DNA of 64,000 nucleotides from Nitrospirota bacterium (lineage in GTDB: Bacteria; Nitrospirota; UBA9217): NCBI GenBank assembly GCA_963840455.1, contig CAWIYV010000011.1, positions 352,001-416,000 of the forward strand, read 5' to 3'. Made by a program: the position numbers and the translations under genes. The notes under the pieces were generated by a model. It had not been told where the DNA came from. It searched no databases and saw nothing but the letters and a program-made list of their open reading frames with translations. Below, one piece after another: positions 1 through 10,100 of the stretch (position 1 is the first letter of the stretch; each line of letters opens with the position of its first letter).

Positions 1-272
1 AGATGCCGTTCGTCATTGACGATCGCGTATCGCAGGGTCGTCGTCCCGACCGAGGTGCCGGTCCCGAAGGTGCTCTTCATGTCGATGACCTGCGTCTGTA
101 CCGTGGGAAATACCGAAAGGTCCACGACACCGTCGATCTCGAATTGCTCGGCAAGAGGCTTTGGCAGCGGGCCTCCGCCCGGCGCCCCCTCGCCTCCTCC
201 TCCCGAACAGGAACCGAGGATCACAAAAAGCCCTGCGAGCAACAGCGCTGCTGCATACAAACGCTTATTCAT
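1..272 (-). CDS. Host lipoprotein, 5' part only (runs off the window; not in the ORF track)
   Basis: Manual translation from ATG at 272: MNKRLYAAALLLAGLFVILGSC-SGGGGEG..., a signal peptide with lipobox Cys. GC-rich, host-like composition. Confidence 0.75.
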   Translation of the reverse strand, partial: MNKRLYAAALLLAGLFVILGSCSGGGGEGAPGGGPLPKPLAEQFEIDGVVDLSVFPTVQTQVIDMKSTFGTGTSVGTTTLRYAIVNDERH

Positions 273-300
273 AGTTCGTTCGATCCCGGATACTGGAAGG

Positions 301-305
301 GAAGG
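301..305 (+). repeat. 5-bp target-site duplication GAAGG (left copy)
   Basis: Identical to 33515-33519 and directly abuts the terminal TGT. Confidence 0.85.
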
Positions 306-450
306 TGTCGCGAGACAATTAAGTCCCAGCAAAATCGGCTCGCAACCCATTGATATTACGATACCATAAAAAACGACAAAGAAGCTAAAGTCGTCGTTTT
401 TTCGACCGCGGAACAATTATGTCGTCGAATTTGCAGACAATTAAGTCGTC
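306..450 (+). repeat. Tn7-like left end 1 (TGT terminus, spaced TnsB sites)
   Basis: TGTCGCGAG then ACAATTAAGTC (315-325), ACAATTATGTC (413-423) and ACAATTAAGTC (437-447). Same TGT+6 nt+site layout as Tn7 ends. Confidence 0.85.
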
Positions 451-578
451 ACTAATTTCCAGCTGAATTTGAATCAATACCTCACTGGAGCAATACACTG
501 AACTGGTTGCATCCTGCACAGAACAACGAAGTAAGCGCGCGAAGCTGTATTGTCACGGAGCGTCTGCATTTCGGGATT

Positions 579-1202
579 TTACGAGCCATTTGATGCGAAG
601 CTTTTCCACTTTTCATTTTCAATTAATAAAGATCTGTGGATACGAATTGAACCGCATTCCTTTATGGATTTAAGTGTTCTCTTTACAGTCTCAAATACTG
701 CTTGTGGTAGCCACGGGCTTAGTATGATTCGGTCAATGGCCTCAATAGATATTGGGAATCGATATGTCATAGGTCCCTTCTTCTTTATTCCTAAGAAAAG
801 ACGAAACTCCTTTTCATCGCTGTATGCAGCGCGCTTTAAAAACGGAAGGGCCTTAGTTTTTGGACCAAATGATTCTAGCTCCAGAATAGTCTTGTACTGC
901 ACTTCCTCGGCACGTAACCCAGTTACCTTGCTTGTGCTCCGCAAGAGGTTATCCTTGTCAAAAACTACGCATACGCCGCCACTTCCATGAGAAAACACTC
1001 TCCAGTGATGATATGTTTCTGGTGCTTGAGCCAGACAAAGTGCATAGGTACTCGATAAGCCCTTAGCGCGTGCATATTGCTCAATGTAGTATGAATCATT
1101 TCTATCGTCCCACGAGGAAGGATTGACTAGAACAATCTCCTTGGTCTGCAATAGGTCCACGACGTAGGGCATCTCAGTATATCTTCGAAGCATCGTTTCC
1201 AC
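579..1202 (-). CDS. DUF2971-like protein
   Basis: Motifs RYT...P..WDD.ND, ALC, HWRVFS, KR.AYSDEKEFR. Confidence 0.65.
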   Translation of the reverse strand: METMLRRYTEMPYVVDLLQTKEIVLVNPSSWDDRNDSYYIEQYARAKGLSSTYALCLAQAPETYHHWRVFSHGSGGVCVVFDKDNLLRSTSKVTGLRAEEVQYKTILELESFGPKTKALPFLKRAAYSDEKEFRLFLGIKKKGPMTYRFPISIEAIDRIILSPWLPQAVFETVKRTLKSIKECGSIRIHRSLLIENEKWKSFASNGS

Positions 1203-1335
1203 CGCATAACCTCCTTATCAGCGCTGACCTCCACAATAAACTGTGCCACTTTGAGAGTCGGACCTATGGTACCCTATAATGCAGCTCACGTATTCAAGTC
1301 GATGCCATGCCAAATACCTATCACAAAACAAATCG

Positions 1336-1473
1336 TCATTTTCTTCTTTTCGCAGCGTAAATCTGGGGTAATTCGTAATCCGGATTCGGACGGACACTGT
1401 TTGCCCCTCGCCTCACATAGATCTCCTGCGTATGCACGTGATAGTAGGGTTTCTCTTTCCCTTCAGGAACTAT
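1336..1473 (-). pseudogene. C-terminal remnant of a Schlafen/AlbA_2-like protein
   Basis: Manual translation IVPEGKEKPYYHVHTQEIYVRRGANSVRP..., no start codon. Confidence 0.5.
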
Positions 1474-1666
1474 GGGCGGGGTCAGTATAGCAGAAAAACA
1501 GTGTTTATTTAAGGGGATAAAGTGGACCTGTCAAGCCAAAATGAAGATGTCTCCCACCCATGCGTTGACACGGGCTATCATGGGCTGAATTGGCTCTCCG
1601 ATATGCTCCACACCTTTCCATCCGTCCCAATGAGCAAGTGTTCCATCTAAGTCAACACCGACCCAA

Positions 1667-2074
1667 TCACCGTTTGACATTCAATCCCTCCATCCTCTCA
1701 AAGCGAGTCCTTTGATCCGGGAGACAGAACTCAGTGACTATCTCTGCTTTCATTTTCTCATCGCTGAGTATGTCCTTGCCGGCGATTACAATATATTTTC
1801 GTTTTTTTCGATCATATGCTACTCGACCTCGGAGGAGACCAGTCAATTGCTTCGGCATTCTTTTAGTCTGTTTCAATACGCTAGCAATAGAGCCCTCAAA
1901 ATGTACATTTTTCCGCGCGACATTGACGATACCATCAGCAACGGTGAAGCCAGGACAACCCTGTACATAATTGCCATATCGAATCGGAACAGGATCAGCA
2001 AACAATTCACCATTAGCAAAATAGAATATCCCGATTCGTGGAGTTCGCGCCTCGTACAGCTTTTTATGAAGCAT
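1667..2074 (-). CDS. Hypothetical protein
   Basis: 135-aa ORF co-oriented with its neighbours; RGRVAYD motif; no family recognised. Confidence 0.5.
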   Translation of the reverse strand: MLHKKLYEARTPRIGIFYFANGELFADPVPIRYGNYVQGCPGFTVADGIVNVARKNVHFEGSIASVLKQTKRMPKQLTGLLRGRVAYDRKKRKYIVIAGKDILSDEKMKAEIVTEFCLPDQRTRFERMEGLNVKR

Positions 2075-2180
2075 ATTCCGCTGATGAACCGCAGCCGCAT
2101 ACTTTTAAATTTGAATTTTATTGTTTTTTTTCATTCCGTATGCCTGCAAAATGTTCCAATGTCCAGCCTTGAATTGACAA

Positions 2181-2215
2181 GACAGGCCGGGCGCAGAATA
2201 CGTGCCCAGCCTGTC
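2181..2215 (-). terminator. GC-rich hairpin after the minus-strand cassette
   Basis: GACAGGCCGGGCGC...GTGCCCAGCCTGTC stem just past the stop at 2244. Confidence 0.4.
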
Positions 2216-2243
2216 CACCTACGAGCCGTCATTTTATCGCTAA

Positions 2244-2528
2244 TTACCGTACAAAAAAATACCACAGCGCGGCCAGTGACGTTCCGCCCGGGCCGTCAAT
2301 CGCTTTTTGAATATCTTTTAGCTCCGCTATTTTCTTACCTGTTGAATCTTTAAAATACTTACCATCAAACTCACCGATTCGCTTACCTGTCGAATCTTTT
2401 ATTTTTTCGTTATCGATGTCACCAATTCTCTTGCCGCTTTTGTCTTTGATTTTCGTTCCATCTACCTGCGCCACTCTTGCACCGGTGCGGTCTTTTAAAG
2501 TTTCACCATCAAATTTGAAATTAGCCAT
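2244..2528 (-). CDS. Small beta-repeat (beta-flower-like) protein
   Basis: Four ~17-aa repeats of the form (I/F)KDxTGKRIG-x-DG; GGAG RBS. Confidence 0.7.
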   Translation of the reverse strand: MANFKFDGETLKDRTGARVAQVDGTKIKDKSGKRIGDIDNEKIKDSTGKRIGEFDGKYFKDSTGKKIAELKDIQKAIDGPGGTSLAALWYFFVR

Positions 2529-2630
2529 GTATTTTTCTCCTTTTTATTTTCTTCATTTATTCGCTGAAGTAAAACGCTGTCGAAAGAATAGGACTGTCAT
2601 TGAACTGGTACGACCAACAACAGCCAAGCA

Positions 2631-3305
2631 TTAACTTTCGTATTCAAAAGTATATTTGTTAGCGTAGGCTACAGCAACAATACTATTATCCTTGATCAAT
2701 CGCATCGTTCTATCCTGCTGCTTACCGGAAGATGCCGGCCAAATAATCATTCTCTTTACTGTATTTCCATCCCAGCTTGTTCCCTTTACAAGCAAAGTGA
2801 TTATTTTTTCAAATAGCTCTTTATGCCCCTCAATGGCCCTTGAGAAGGCTATACATTGCTTGATCAACTCGTCCAGTTTCCGATCACTTTTCAGCTCTAT
2901 TACCCATAGTGCACCGCTTGAATCAATCGCCAGTATATCATTGACGGCTTTCTTCCCGTCTTGCTCAACTCTCAATTCTGAGGTCACGAATTTTAGGTTG
3001 AGTTTTTTCCAAAAATCTGGCGGACTACCAAATATCAGCTGGTTGATTAGCCACGCTTGCAGCTCTTTTTCCGGAGTGGCTCTTTTAGGAGAGCTCAGAT
3101 TGTCTATTTTCGCTATCTTTTCTGAGGCGTTATTGGCATTGATTCCCGTCAAACCAAGTTCTGGTGTTTTATTACTGAGTGACACCAACGATACGCCACC
3201 CAACCCTCCGCGAAAATGACATTGTTTCTGTCTTAATACTTCATGATATTGCCCGTTGAGTTTGGCTGCCAACTCTATATACTGCATCTCAGGCACATTG
3301 TTCAC
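2631..3305 (-). CDS. Putative PD-(D/E)xK nuclease
   Basis: EKELQAWL...NDILAID...VIELK restriction-endonuclease-like motif. Confidence 0.6.
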   Translation of the reverse strand: MNNVPEMQYIELAAKLNGQYHEVLRQKQCHFRGGLGGVSLVSLSNKTPELGLTGINANNASEKIAKIDNLSSPKRATPEKELQAWLINQLIFGSPPDFWKKLNLKFVTSELRVEQDGKKAVNDILAIDSSGALWVIELKSDRKLDELIKQCIAFSRAIEGHKELFEKIITLLVKGTSWDGNTVKRMIIWPASSGKQQDRTMRLIKDNSIVAVAYANKYTFEYES

Positions 3306-3337
3306 GTTAAGCGCTCCCTCCTTGAGAAGACCAGGAT

Positions 3338-4577
3338 TTAAATTATCACCACCTGATGATCTTTTATTTCAAAAACATTATTAAATAGTTTTTTAAACTG
3401 ATCGCCATGCTCCGTGTGAATCGGCACTAGTTGTTTCGGATTCATTGCTTGTGCAAACCCTCGAAGATCCTCGACCGTCGCATGGCCGCTGGTGTGCGCA
3501 TACACAAATTTGATCTGCTTGTCATGCTGATATGCTGCTATCTGTTCAGCGCCATAGCATTCATCATTCGAGCACTTCAGGTAGCCAAGCCACTGCGAAT
3601 AAATGACGTTAACAGCTTTATCGCCTTTGTACAATTCAATAATGGGGGATTTTGACATCCTGGACAGATAGAGATATTGCTCGGGATTTGCCTTAAGCTC
3701 TTCCTTTTGAATACGATACTGATAAGCCGACCGTCTGAAATCACCGAATAGTTCCAGGATTCTTCTGGAGCACTTCATCATAATTGCGATCTGCATATAC
3801 TCGGACGTCATCCCACCCGATCCCCGGCACATTGGCGGTGACAGTACGCATCCGCTCCAGTACCCAGGCCGTATAGAGGTCGACCACAAATGTCTTCTCT
3901 GCCCTTTTACATGCGCGGTACGCTGATACAATCCGGTCGATATTCTGCGACGATGAGATCAGGAACGCGATGTTCTCCTGCTTAGCGATTGTATCATAAA
4001 TCTTTTTTTCGACGGCTTCCTCTGTTGGGAATTCATCATTTGACCGCTGCATCATGGTCCCTTCCATGAACATAACGTCGATATCCTTCGGCGGCTTCTC
4101 GATCATCTTATCAAACAGAACGCGTTTTCTGCCGTGAGCGCGAAAGTCCCCACTGTAAAAAATCCTCTTGCCTTCCGCCTCGATCAGGAACGCATATGCA
4201 TCTACTGCGGAATGATCAACCAGATACGGGGTAATAGTGAAATCGCCGATTTTAAATGGCTGCCACTTTTCAAAGTGACGGAATTCGTTCGCGAGCGGTT
4301 CTTTGCCGATAAAGATTCCGACCACATCAATCAGGCTTTTGCCGAGCTTGCCGATATAGACCGGCACGCTGTGGTCAAATGAGTCAATCAGCCCGTAATG
4401 GTCCTGGTGCGGATGGCTGATGATAATCGCATCGGCCTTTATTGATGATAGATCAAGCTTCCTACTCTCTTTACTGAGCGGCAACCCGAGGTCAAGCAAT
4501 ATGGTCGTCTTGGCGGTAGACAGCTGAATGCAGGTGCCCCCGATTTCGTTACTACCCCGATGAATGGTTATGTTCAT
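3338..4577 (-). pseudogene. MBL-fold (RNase J/beta-CASP-like) hydrolase, split by one frameshift near 3755
   Basis: HPHQDH, DHS and GDFRAHG in ORF 3741..4577; HTSGHA and PIHTE in ORF 3338..3931. Removing one base restores KNPELFGDF. Confidence 0.8.
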
Positions 4578-4588
4578 GATGTTCCTTT

Positions 4589-4966
4589 TTAGCGCGGAAG
4601 TTCTTTTTTCAACCTTGCGGCATCGGCATCATATTGTCCGATCCTGGCCTGAAGTTCTTTTATCCGATCTTCCCGGCTGAGGTGTTTTGACAACCACTTC
4701 TCTTCCCGGTATTTTTCGTATTTGAGATACTCGGCCTGTTCCTGCAAATAGAGCAGCTTGCATTCACGAAAACTGAGACCAAGGATTTTTTCAATGCTGA
4801 TCGTTTCGATGTTTCTGGGATCTTCTTGTGACATGAAAGCATTATGGATATCGTAAGCGCACCCTTCACAGATTGGCGCATGAAGCAAGTCGCTCCATTC
4901 AAACACATCATCTTCATGGTCCGGACAGAGCGGACAGTGATAATTTCGGGAGACACGAATCTTCAT
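4589..4966 (-). CDS. Small CxxC...CxxC zinc-binding protein with coiled-coil tail
   Basis: CPLC and CEGC; first gene downstream of a WYL-type operator. Confidence 0.6.
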   Translation of the reverse strand: MKIRVSRNYHCPLCPDHEDDVFEWSDLLHAPICEGCAYDIHNAFMSQEDPRNIETISIEKILGLSFRECKLLYLQEQAEYLKYEKYREEKWLSKHLSREDRIKELQARIGQYDADAARLKKELPR

Positions 4967-5009
4967 AATGACCGCCGATATCTGCTTCCATTATAAATAT
5001 CACGCGTTA

Positions 5010-5027
5010 CTGACAGCACTGTGTCAG
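5010..5027. promoter_or_regulatory. Palindromic operator 1, CTGACA-N6-TGTCAG (putative WYL site)
   Basis: Perfect 6-bp arms; minus-strand TATAAT at 4990-4995, 14 nt away. Confidence 0.65.
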
Positions 5028-5034
5028 CGTTAAA

Positions 5035-6003
5035 TTATTTTTTTGAATATACCGCCAGCATAGCTCGAAGCTCGGCTTGAACTTCTTTTCTGAACGGCAG
5101 CGGGGACAATACCTCGCAGTTCGGTCCCCAGTGATAAATCCACCGCTGAATTTCTCTGGTTCCTTGCACCGTGACACGATAGATTATTGACCCGTCCTTC
5201 TTCGTCTCAACCTTTTCGGTCGGATGCCACCTTTTTCTTGTAATCCAACGTGCAACGTCTTTACTGAATCTGAGTTTGATCTCGACCGGCTCACCATGTT
5301 TATAGATATGCCAGCCTGATTGAAAATATGCATCCATAGAGAAGTCTTTGGGGATGGCATATCTTCTGTCGGTTATCTCGATGTTCTTTATACAGTCAAG
5401 CGCGAATTGCCGAACGTCGCAGTATTTATTACAATAGGCGAGAACGTACCAAATACCGGAACTGAAAAAGAGACCATACGGATCGATCCTTCTTTCGGTA
5501 ATCTTCTGACCATGCATGGCCTGATACGTTATTTCCAGGCCGACGTTCTCATCTAAGGCCCGCTGGATGGCTTCGTACCTGTCCTCAATGTCGGCGAAGT
5601 TGTCGGCGGGGTCTATATCGAACCAGTAGTGCCCTTCAATGTTCTTGATTCGCTGGCCGGTTGCCTGACCAGAACCAGCCTTGATCTTATGCATCAAGCC
5701 TTGATAAGCTTTTGAAACGCCATGCCCCAGCTTCGAGACCACGGCCTTACTCGCCAAAACGGCCCTGATTTCGTCCGGACTCAAGTCGATCTTTTTCAGT
5801 GAGTACCCAGCCGTAAACCGGTACGAACCATGCTCTTCGTCGAAATAGATCGGGTATTCACTCGGGAAACACGCCATGTCCCGGTAGATGGTCCTCTCTG
5901 CTACACCGAAATGCTTTGCAAGCCCTTTCGGTGTTAGTGCTTTCCCGCTATCGATCAACCCGAGAATTTCAACCATCCGATTGATCCGTTTGACATCGGC
6001 CAT
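5035..6003 (-). CDS. HTH-WYL-WCX transcriptional regulator
   Basis: LAKHFGVAERTIYRD helix-turn-helix; ERRIDPYGL...WYVLAYC; WGPNCEVLSP. Start taken at ATG 6003 behind a GGAGG RBS. Confidence 0.9.
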   Translation of the reverse strand: MADVKRINRMVEILGLIDSGKALTPKGLAKHFGVAERTIYRDMACFPSEYPIYFDEEHGSYRFTAGYSLKKIDLSPDEIRAVLASKAVVSKLGHGVSKAYQGLMHKIKAGSGQATGQRIKNIEGHYWFDIDPADNFADIEDRYEAIQRALDENVGLEITYQAMHGQKITERRIDPYGLFFSSGIWYVLAYCNKYCDVRQFALDCIKNIEITDRRYAIPKDFSMDAYFQSGWHIYKHGEPVEIKLRFSKDVARWITRKRWHPTEKVETKKDGSIIYRVTVQGTREIQRWIYHWGPNCEVLSPLPFRKEVQAELRAMLAVYSKK

Positions 6004-6053
6004 ACATGGCCTCCCCGCTTGATAAGTTACCAGACTATAGCATAGTCCTATCA

Positions 6054-6071
6054 CTGACGCAATGGTGTCAG
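6054..6071. promoter_or_regulatory. Palindromic operator 2, CTGACG-N6-TGTCAG
   Basis: Between the WYL gene and the divergent ORF; minus-strand TATAGT at 6034-6039, again 14 nt away. Confidence 0.65.
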
Positions 6072-6115
6072 TAGGCAAATGATAGAGTGGTCAATAACAT
6101 CTGGAGGGAATACAC

Positions 6116-7021
6116 GTGGCTGACATTTCAGAGAGCGTTGCTGAGGCCATTCTCAACAACATAAGGGAGCAGCACCCGGAACATTTGCGCGCTCATGCCG
6201 CCGTGACGATCTCGTTTATCAAAGACGTGAACACGGCATGGAATTCAGCTATCGGCATTAACAGTGAAAATGATATAAGCGACCACTTTGCCAAGGCAAT
6301 ATATGAAAGGCTTGCCGAGGATGTTATAGCAAAACCCATGGAGGCTGGAACAATCGATCTTATTTGCGAATTGTACGATGAGATCGGATTCGAGCATTTT
6401 CTCAGGGAAGGTGCGGATACTGAATGCTCCACATCGTGGCAGTTCAATAACCGCGCAAATTCGAGGTCAGCATTAGGCCGTTATTTGGAAGCGCTTGAAG
6501 ACTATAACCTTGCATGTGAAATTGTGCCCAACTGCCTGATGCACCTGCTTAACCACGCGAAGACGTTCATTGCTCTCGACATGCGTGAACTGGCCATCCG
6601 GGACGCGACGCGCGCATATGCGCAAACAGAGAATAAGCAATTCGGAACTAAAGATGATTTTATGACTATAGACGATTTCGTTGAGATTGCAGGGCTGATG
6701 ATTAATTGCGGGCGTGAAGAAAAAGCGCTGGAAGCGCTCTTGAAATTTACCCTGGCGTTCAAACGTTATCTGCCTTTCTTATCCAGGATAGATGATGACG
6801 GCTTTTGTTCAATGAGTTTAGACGGCCACTCATCACAGGTTAACATAGGATTTTTCCTCGATCAGGCTCTTGCCGTATTTCATTCCATCGGAGAAGGAAA
6901 TAACTGCGTCGTCCAGACGAGGCTAGATGTACTTGCAGGGCTATTGGATTTAACAGACAAGATCGGGGATACGAACGCCTCTCCCCCGGCAGGAGCCGGG
7001 GTTTCTTACAGAATACTATGA
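6116..7021 (+). CDS. Hypothetical helical protein with a TPR-like segment
   Basis: FNNRANSRSALGRYLEALEDYNLA resembles a TPR; GGAGG RBS before GTG. Confidence 0.55.
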   Translation: MADISESVAEAILNNIREQHPEHLRAHAAVTISFIKDVNTAWNSAIGINSENDISDHFAKAIYERLAEDVIAKPMEAGTIDLICELYDEIGFEHFLREGADTECSTSWQFNNRANSRSALGRYLEALEDYNLACEIVPNCLMHLLNHAKTFIALDMRELAIRDATRAYAQTENKQFGTKDDFMTIDDFVEIAGLMINCGREEKALEALLKFTLAFKRYLPFLSRIDDDGFCSMSLDGHSSQVNIGFFLDQALAVFHSIGEGNNCVVQTRLDVLAGLLDLTDKIGDTNASPPAGAGVSYRIL

Positions 7022-7197
7022 TATGTGATACTCGTCATCTTCCACGGCAGTTCGGAATTACTTAATTCAATCTGTGCCCGGACAGATGCAAATGCTTCCT
7101 CTATGCTTTTGCCCTCACCGATAACATGTTCAGCTTCGCATGGCAAAATCAGATCATCTCTTAAATTAACATCAACTTCAAAAAATACGGTAAACAT
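7006..7197 (-). CDS. Small hypothetical protein
   Basis: MFTVFFEVDV... with GGGGG RBS, downstream of operator 3. Confidence 0.4.
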   Translation of the reverse strand: MFTVFFEVDVNLRDDLILPCEAEHVIGEGKSIEEAFASVRAQIELSNSELPWKMTSITYHSIL

Positions 7198-7239
7198 ATT
7201 CACCCCCACGTTTAATGCTCTCAAGTATATCCCCTGTCA

Positions 7240-7257
7240 CTGACAACAGTATGGCAG
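7240..7257. promoter_or_regulatory. Palindromic operator 3, CTGACA-N6-TGGCAG
   Basis: One mismatch to operator 1; upstream of the small minus-strand ORF. Confidence 0.55.
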
Positions 7258-7582
7258 TAATGAAAAAGGGGCCTAGATGACCAGGCCCCTTCTGAATAAC
7301 CCTATATTAAAAAACAACTTTTCAACCCGCCTTTTTCGGATACGGAAGAAACTTCGCCCCACTCTCTTGAGCCCATCTAGATAATCGCCCAGCTGCCGCC
7401 GTCGTCTTTTTATGCTCTTCAAGATTCGCGGTTCGATTGTATACGTAACTTCTCGGATCGCGCACGGCATACACAGGCAGACATTCTATGTATTTGGTCG
7501 GCTAATGGCGGACTCCTTAATCGGCGGGATTTGTTGTGATCCGAAATCCGCACAAAGCGGAATGCTGAACAGGAGGGAAGAA

Positions 7583-7691
7583 TGTAACAACTTTATTCCC
7601 TGCTAACTTTCCGGAAACGCAAAAATGTAACAACTATATTCCCTCTGCAACAACTTAGTTCCCAAAGTAACAACTTTATTCCCTGCAAACA
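7583..7691 (-). repeat. Orphan Tn7-like right end of a second TnsB-site family
   Basis: Four copies of AACAACT(T/A)(T/A)(A/G)TTCCC ending ...CCCTGCAAACA at 7691. The reverse strand reads TGTTTGCAG-GGAATAAAGTTG. Confidence 0.8.
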
Positions 7692-7697
7692 GCAAGG

Positions 7698-7860
7698 TAT
7701 CAGAAGACCATTAAGTCCTTACAAAACCAGTCCGTAACCCATTGAATTAACTATTGCCGAAAAATCATCTAAAAAACTAAAGTTCTTACATTTTCGCGCT
7801 GCATACACTAATGTTGTCAAATTCGCAGACAATTAAGTCCTTACTATTTTACAGCAGAAA
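7698..7860 (+). repeat. Tn7-like left end 2 (TAT terminus)
   Basis: TATCAGAAG-ACCATTAAGTCC ... GCAGACAATTAAGTCC; collinear and homologous with left end 1; preceded by CAAGG. Confidence 0.8.
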
Positions 7861-8094
7861 ATTACAGTCAACACCTCGATGAGAACACAACAAGTTAAGA
7901 GTGGTATTAAAAAGTTTATCACATATTCCCCCCCATTAGCAATCGTAATTCTGGGAAGGATAATATTAGCGAGGAAATGTGACCGATACGGAGAGGGGTG
8001 GAGCTATACCGTATTGAACATGCAGAAAGCCTCAGCTTTACCTACAACTCAGCACCGGAGCTATGTTGATAATGCTGAGAAATTCTGGTTGAAA

Positions 8095-8189
8095 CATTAA
8101 CAACGCACAAGGGGGCGCAGTAGCACAGCCGCCAGAACTGAAAAAGAAGCACGGCTATTCCCGCGTCCCTCTCAATGCTGCTGTTATAC
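8095..8189 (-). repeat. attC-like imperfect inverted repeat
   Basis: Minus strand: GTATAAC-AGCAGCATTGAGAGGGACGCGG...GCGCCCC...GTTAATG, starting about 20 bp after the stop of ORF 8209..9477. Confidence 0.5.
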
Positions 8190-8208
8190 GCTGCTTGTTT
8201 TTATTACC

Positions 8209-9477
8209 TTACAGTGCAGGCATTGGCCAGCCGAAATAGTCAATCGCGTCGCGCCAGCCATTGTTTTTTATACTTTGACAAGTTAAGCCGGGTGGTGCGA
8301 TCCCCCAATGGTTGGTAACATATTTCATTTGAGTAATATTAATGCCAAGGTGCAGGTGATCATTAGCAGTATCCCTGATTATAGCCTTCGTTTTTTTATC
8401 GATTTTATAGGCTTTTCTGATTTGACCTATAGGTATATGATTCGCTACTTTAACCTCCGAGGCTACACCTGCGTTTGCTTTCAAGTCGCTTATTATGTGG
8501 CCATAGTATCCATATAGAGACTGACCATTACAGTCATGCTTTATAACCAAGAAGGCATTGAAATATTCATCATACTCATTCTTGTATTTGTTGCTGTTTG
8601 TCCAATTAAAGACAACAATACCATCGCAAATTGGATAAACATCTGTACCTTCTGGGACCATAATATCGACACCCTCATGTTCGCCATCGCCTGGATAGTT
8701 AGGATCGCACATGCGCCAATGAAATGTATAACTAACAGAATTGTCTAAAGGGAATCTTGGCTGGGTCGTGAAATAAAGCTCCTGTATTTCAGAGTCAGAC
8801 AGGGCACGGTTGTAAATTCGGACTTCATCAATGGTGGAGTTTACGTAGCCTCCCCACGTATTGGTGCCGAGGTAATTGTAATGCGTCCACTGTGGAACGC
8901 CCCCAGTATAGGGATTTGTTCCCTTTAGCTCTCCATCAATGTATATTTTGATGCCACCGGAGCCCCATGTTCCGACAAAATGATACCACTTGCCTGCAAT
9001 CGGCTGAACCCCACTGTCTGCCCAAAGCCAATTCCAAATGGATTTGTCATAGATTCCAAAAACAAGATTGTTCGAATAATAGGGGTGAACGCCAAAGTCG
9101 ATCCCTTCAAAATTCTGATTGATCGGATTCTCTGAGATGCAAAACCACATCCATCCATTACTTGGCAATGGATTAGGTACGGAATGAAAATATACCCAGG
9201 CAGACACGGCGCCATCAGCCAAATAACCCGGATGAGGTAATTCGATATAATCATCAATGCCATCGAAGGCGTAAGCCGTGTTTTCGCGGCCAGACCTATC
9301 TCCCGCTAGAGTTGCTCCATAGACAGCACCAGTGGCCCCGTGGCCGCTCTCATCATCGGCATTGCCATTAAACGGGTAATAAGCAACTAAGCCGTCGTTT
9401 AGATCAGCCGATGCTGAGCCAACCAAGAAAGAACCGACAAACAGAGCAAAAGCTATAAATATCAGGCTCTTCATCAT
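8209..9477 (-). CDS. Secreted LamG-like jellyroll + M23 peptidase domain protein
   Basis: Signal peptide; GLVAYYPFNGNA...DEVRIYNRALS; HEGVD, YGH and HLHLG M23 zinc motifs. Confidence 0.8.
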   Translation of the reverse strand: MMKSLIFIAFALFVGSFLVGSASADLNDGLVAYYPFNGNADDESGHGATGAVYGATLAGDRSGRENTAYAFDGIDDYIELPHPGYLADGAVSAWVYFHSVPNPLPSNGWMWFCISENPINQNFEGIDFGVHPYYSNNLVFGIYDKSIWNWLWADSGVQPIAGKWYHFVGTWGSGGIKIYIDGELKGTNPYTGGVPQWTHYNYLGTNTWGGYVNSTIDEVRIYNRALSDSEIQELYFTTQPRFPLDNSVSYTFHWRMCDPNYPGDGEHEGVDIMVPEGTDVYPICDGIVVFNWTNSNKYKNEYDEYFNAFLVIKHDCNGQSLYGYYGHIISDLKANAGVASEVKVANHIPIGQIRKAYKIDKKTKAIIRDTANDHLHLGINITQMKYVTNHWGIAPPGLTCQSIKNNGWRDAIDYFGWPMPAL

Positions 9478-10100
9478 AATCCTCCCGTTTTGATTCTATC
9501 CGCAAAATACTTTAATAAGCGATGAGGCTGAACATTAGAGTCGTCGTTGACCAAAATTAATACGAATGTATGCTTGAATCGTAGAGCTGTCAACAGTATT
9601 AATTGGATAGAGAACGGTGTAGTGCACGGGTTGAAAATTGATGTATTTTCATAAATGTAAATTCAATGGCTTCAGGATGAACTTATGACCATACACTTTA
9701 GTCAGAATCCTTCACTTCATTCAGAAAAATTCATATTTAGTGGCCACCTACAACTTTACCGACGCGCTCGATTGAAAGAACCGTGAAATATAAGCTGTCC
9801 TCTGCAGCATGATGAAGTCCGGCATAGCCGCAAAGACGATAAACCCGGGCAATGAGAAATGCTTATATCTTTACAACGTCGGGCATAAACTTCGCGTCAA
9901 TCTGTCCAGCGACTGCATAATATAGGAGTCTATTATATATTTTTCTGCATTAGCAATTGTAATTCCGAGAAGAACATTTTAGATGTGGAATTTGACCGAT
10001 ACGGCGAGAAGTGAACCTTAAATACTCATGCAATGCGCTGAACAGTCATTGAAATAAGAAAGGGGTTATTGTGTGCGGACAGTCAGAAGAACAAAAGAAC

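Noticed and set aside
1502-1555. Degenerate left end for the orphan right end (TGTTT..GGGATAAAGT), or an IS end (TGTCAAGCCAAAATGAAGATGTC)
   Set aside because: Single short matches with wrong spacing, no partner end and no duplication.
7273-7470. ORF as a decayed tnsA start next to the orphan end
   Set aside because: Similarity appears only after assuming several indels; not supportable by eye.
7583-7691. Possible CRISPR array, or a CAST interpretation of the element
   Set aside because: The repeats abut at about 20 nt with no unique spacers and end in a transposon terminus; no cas gene is recognisable in the window.
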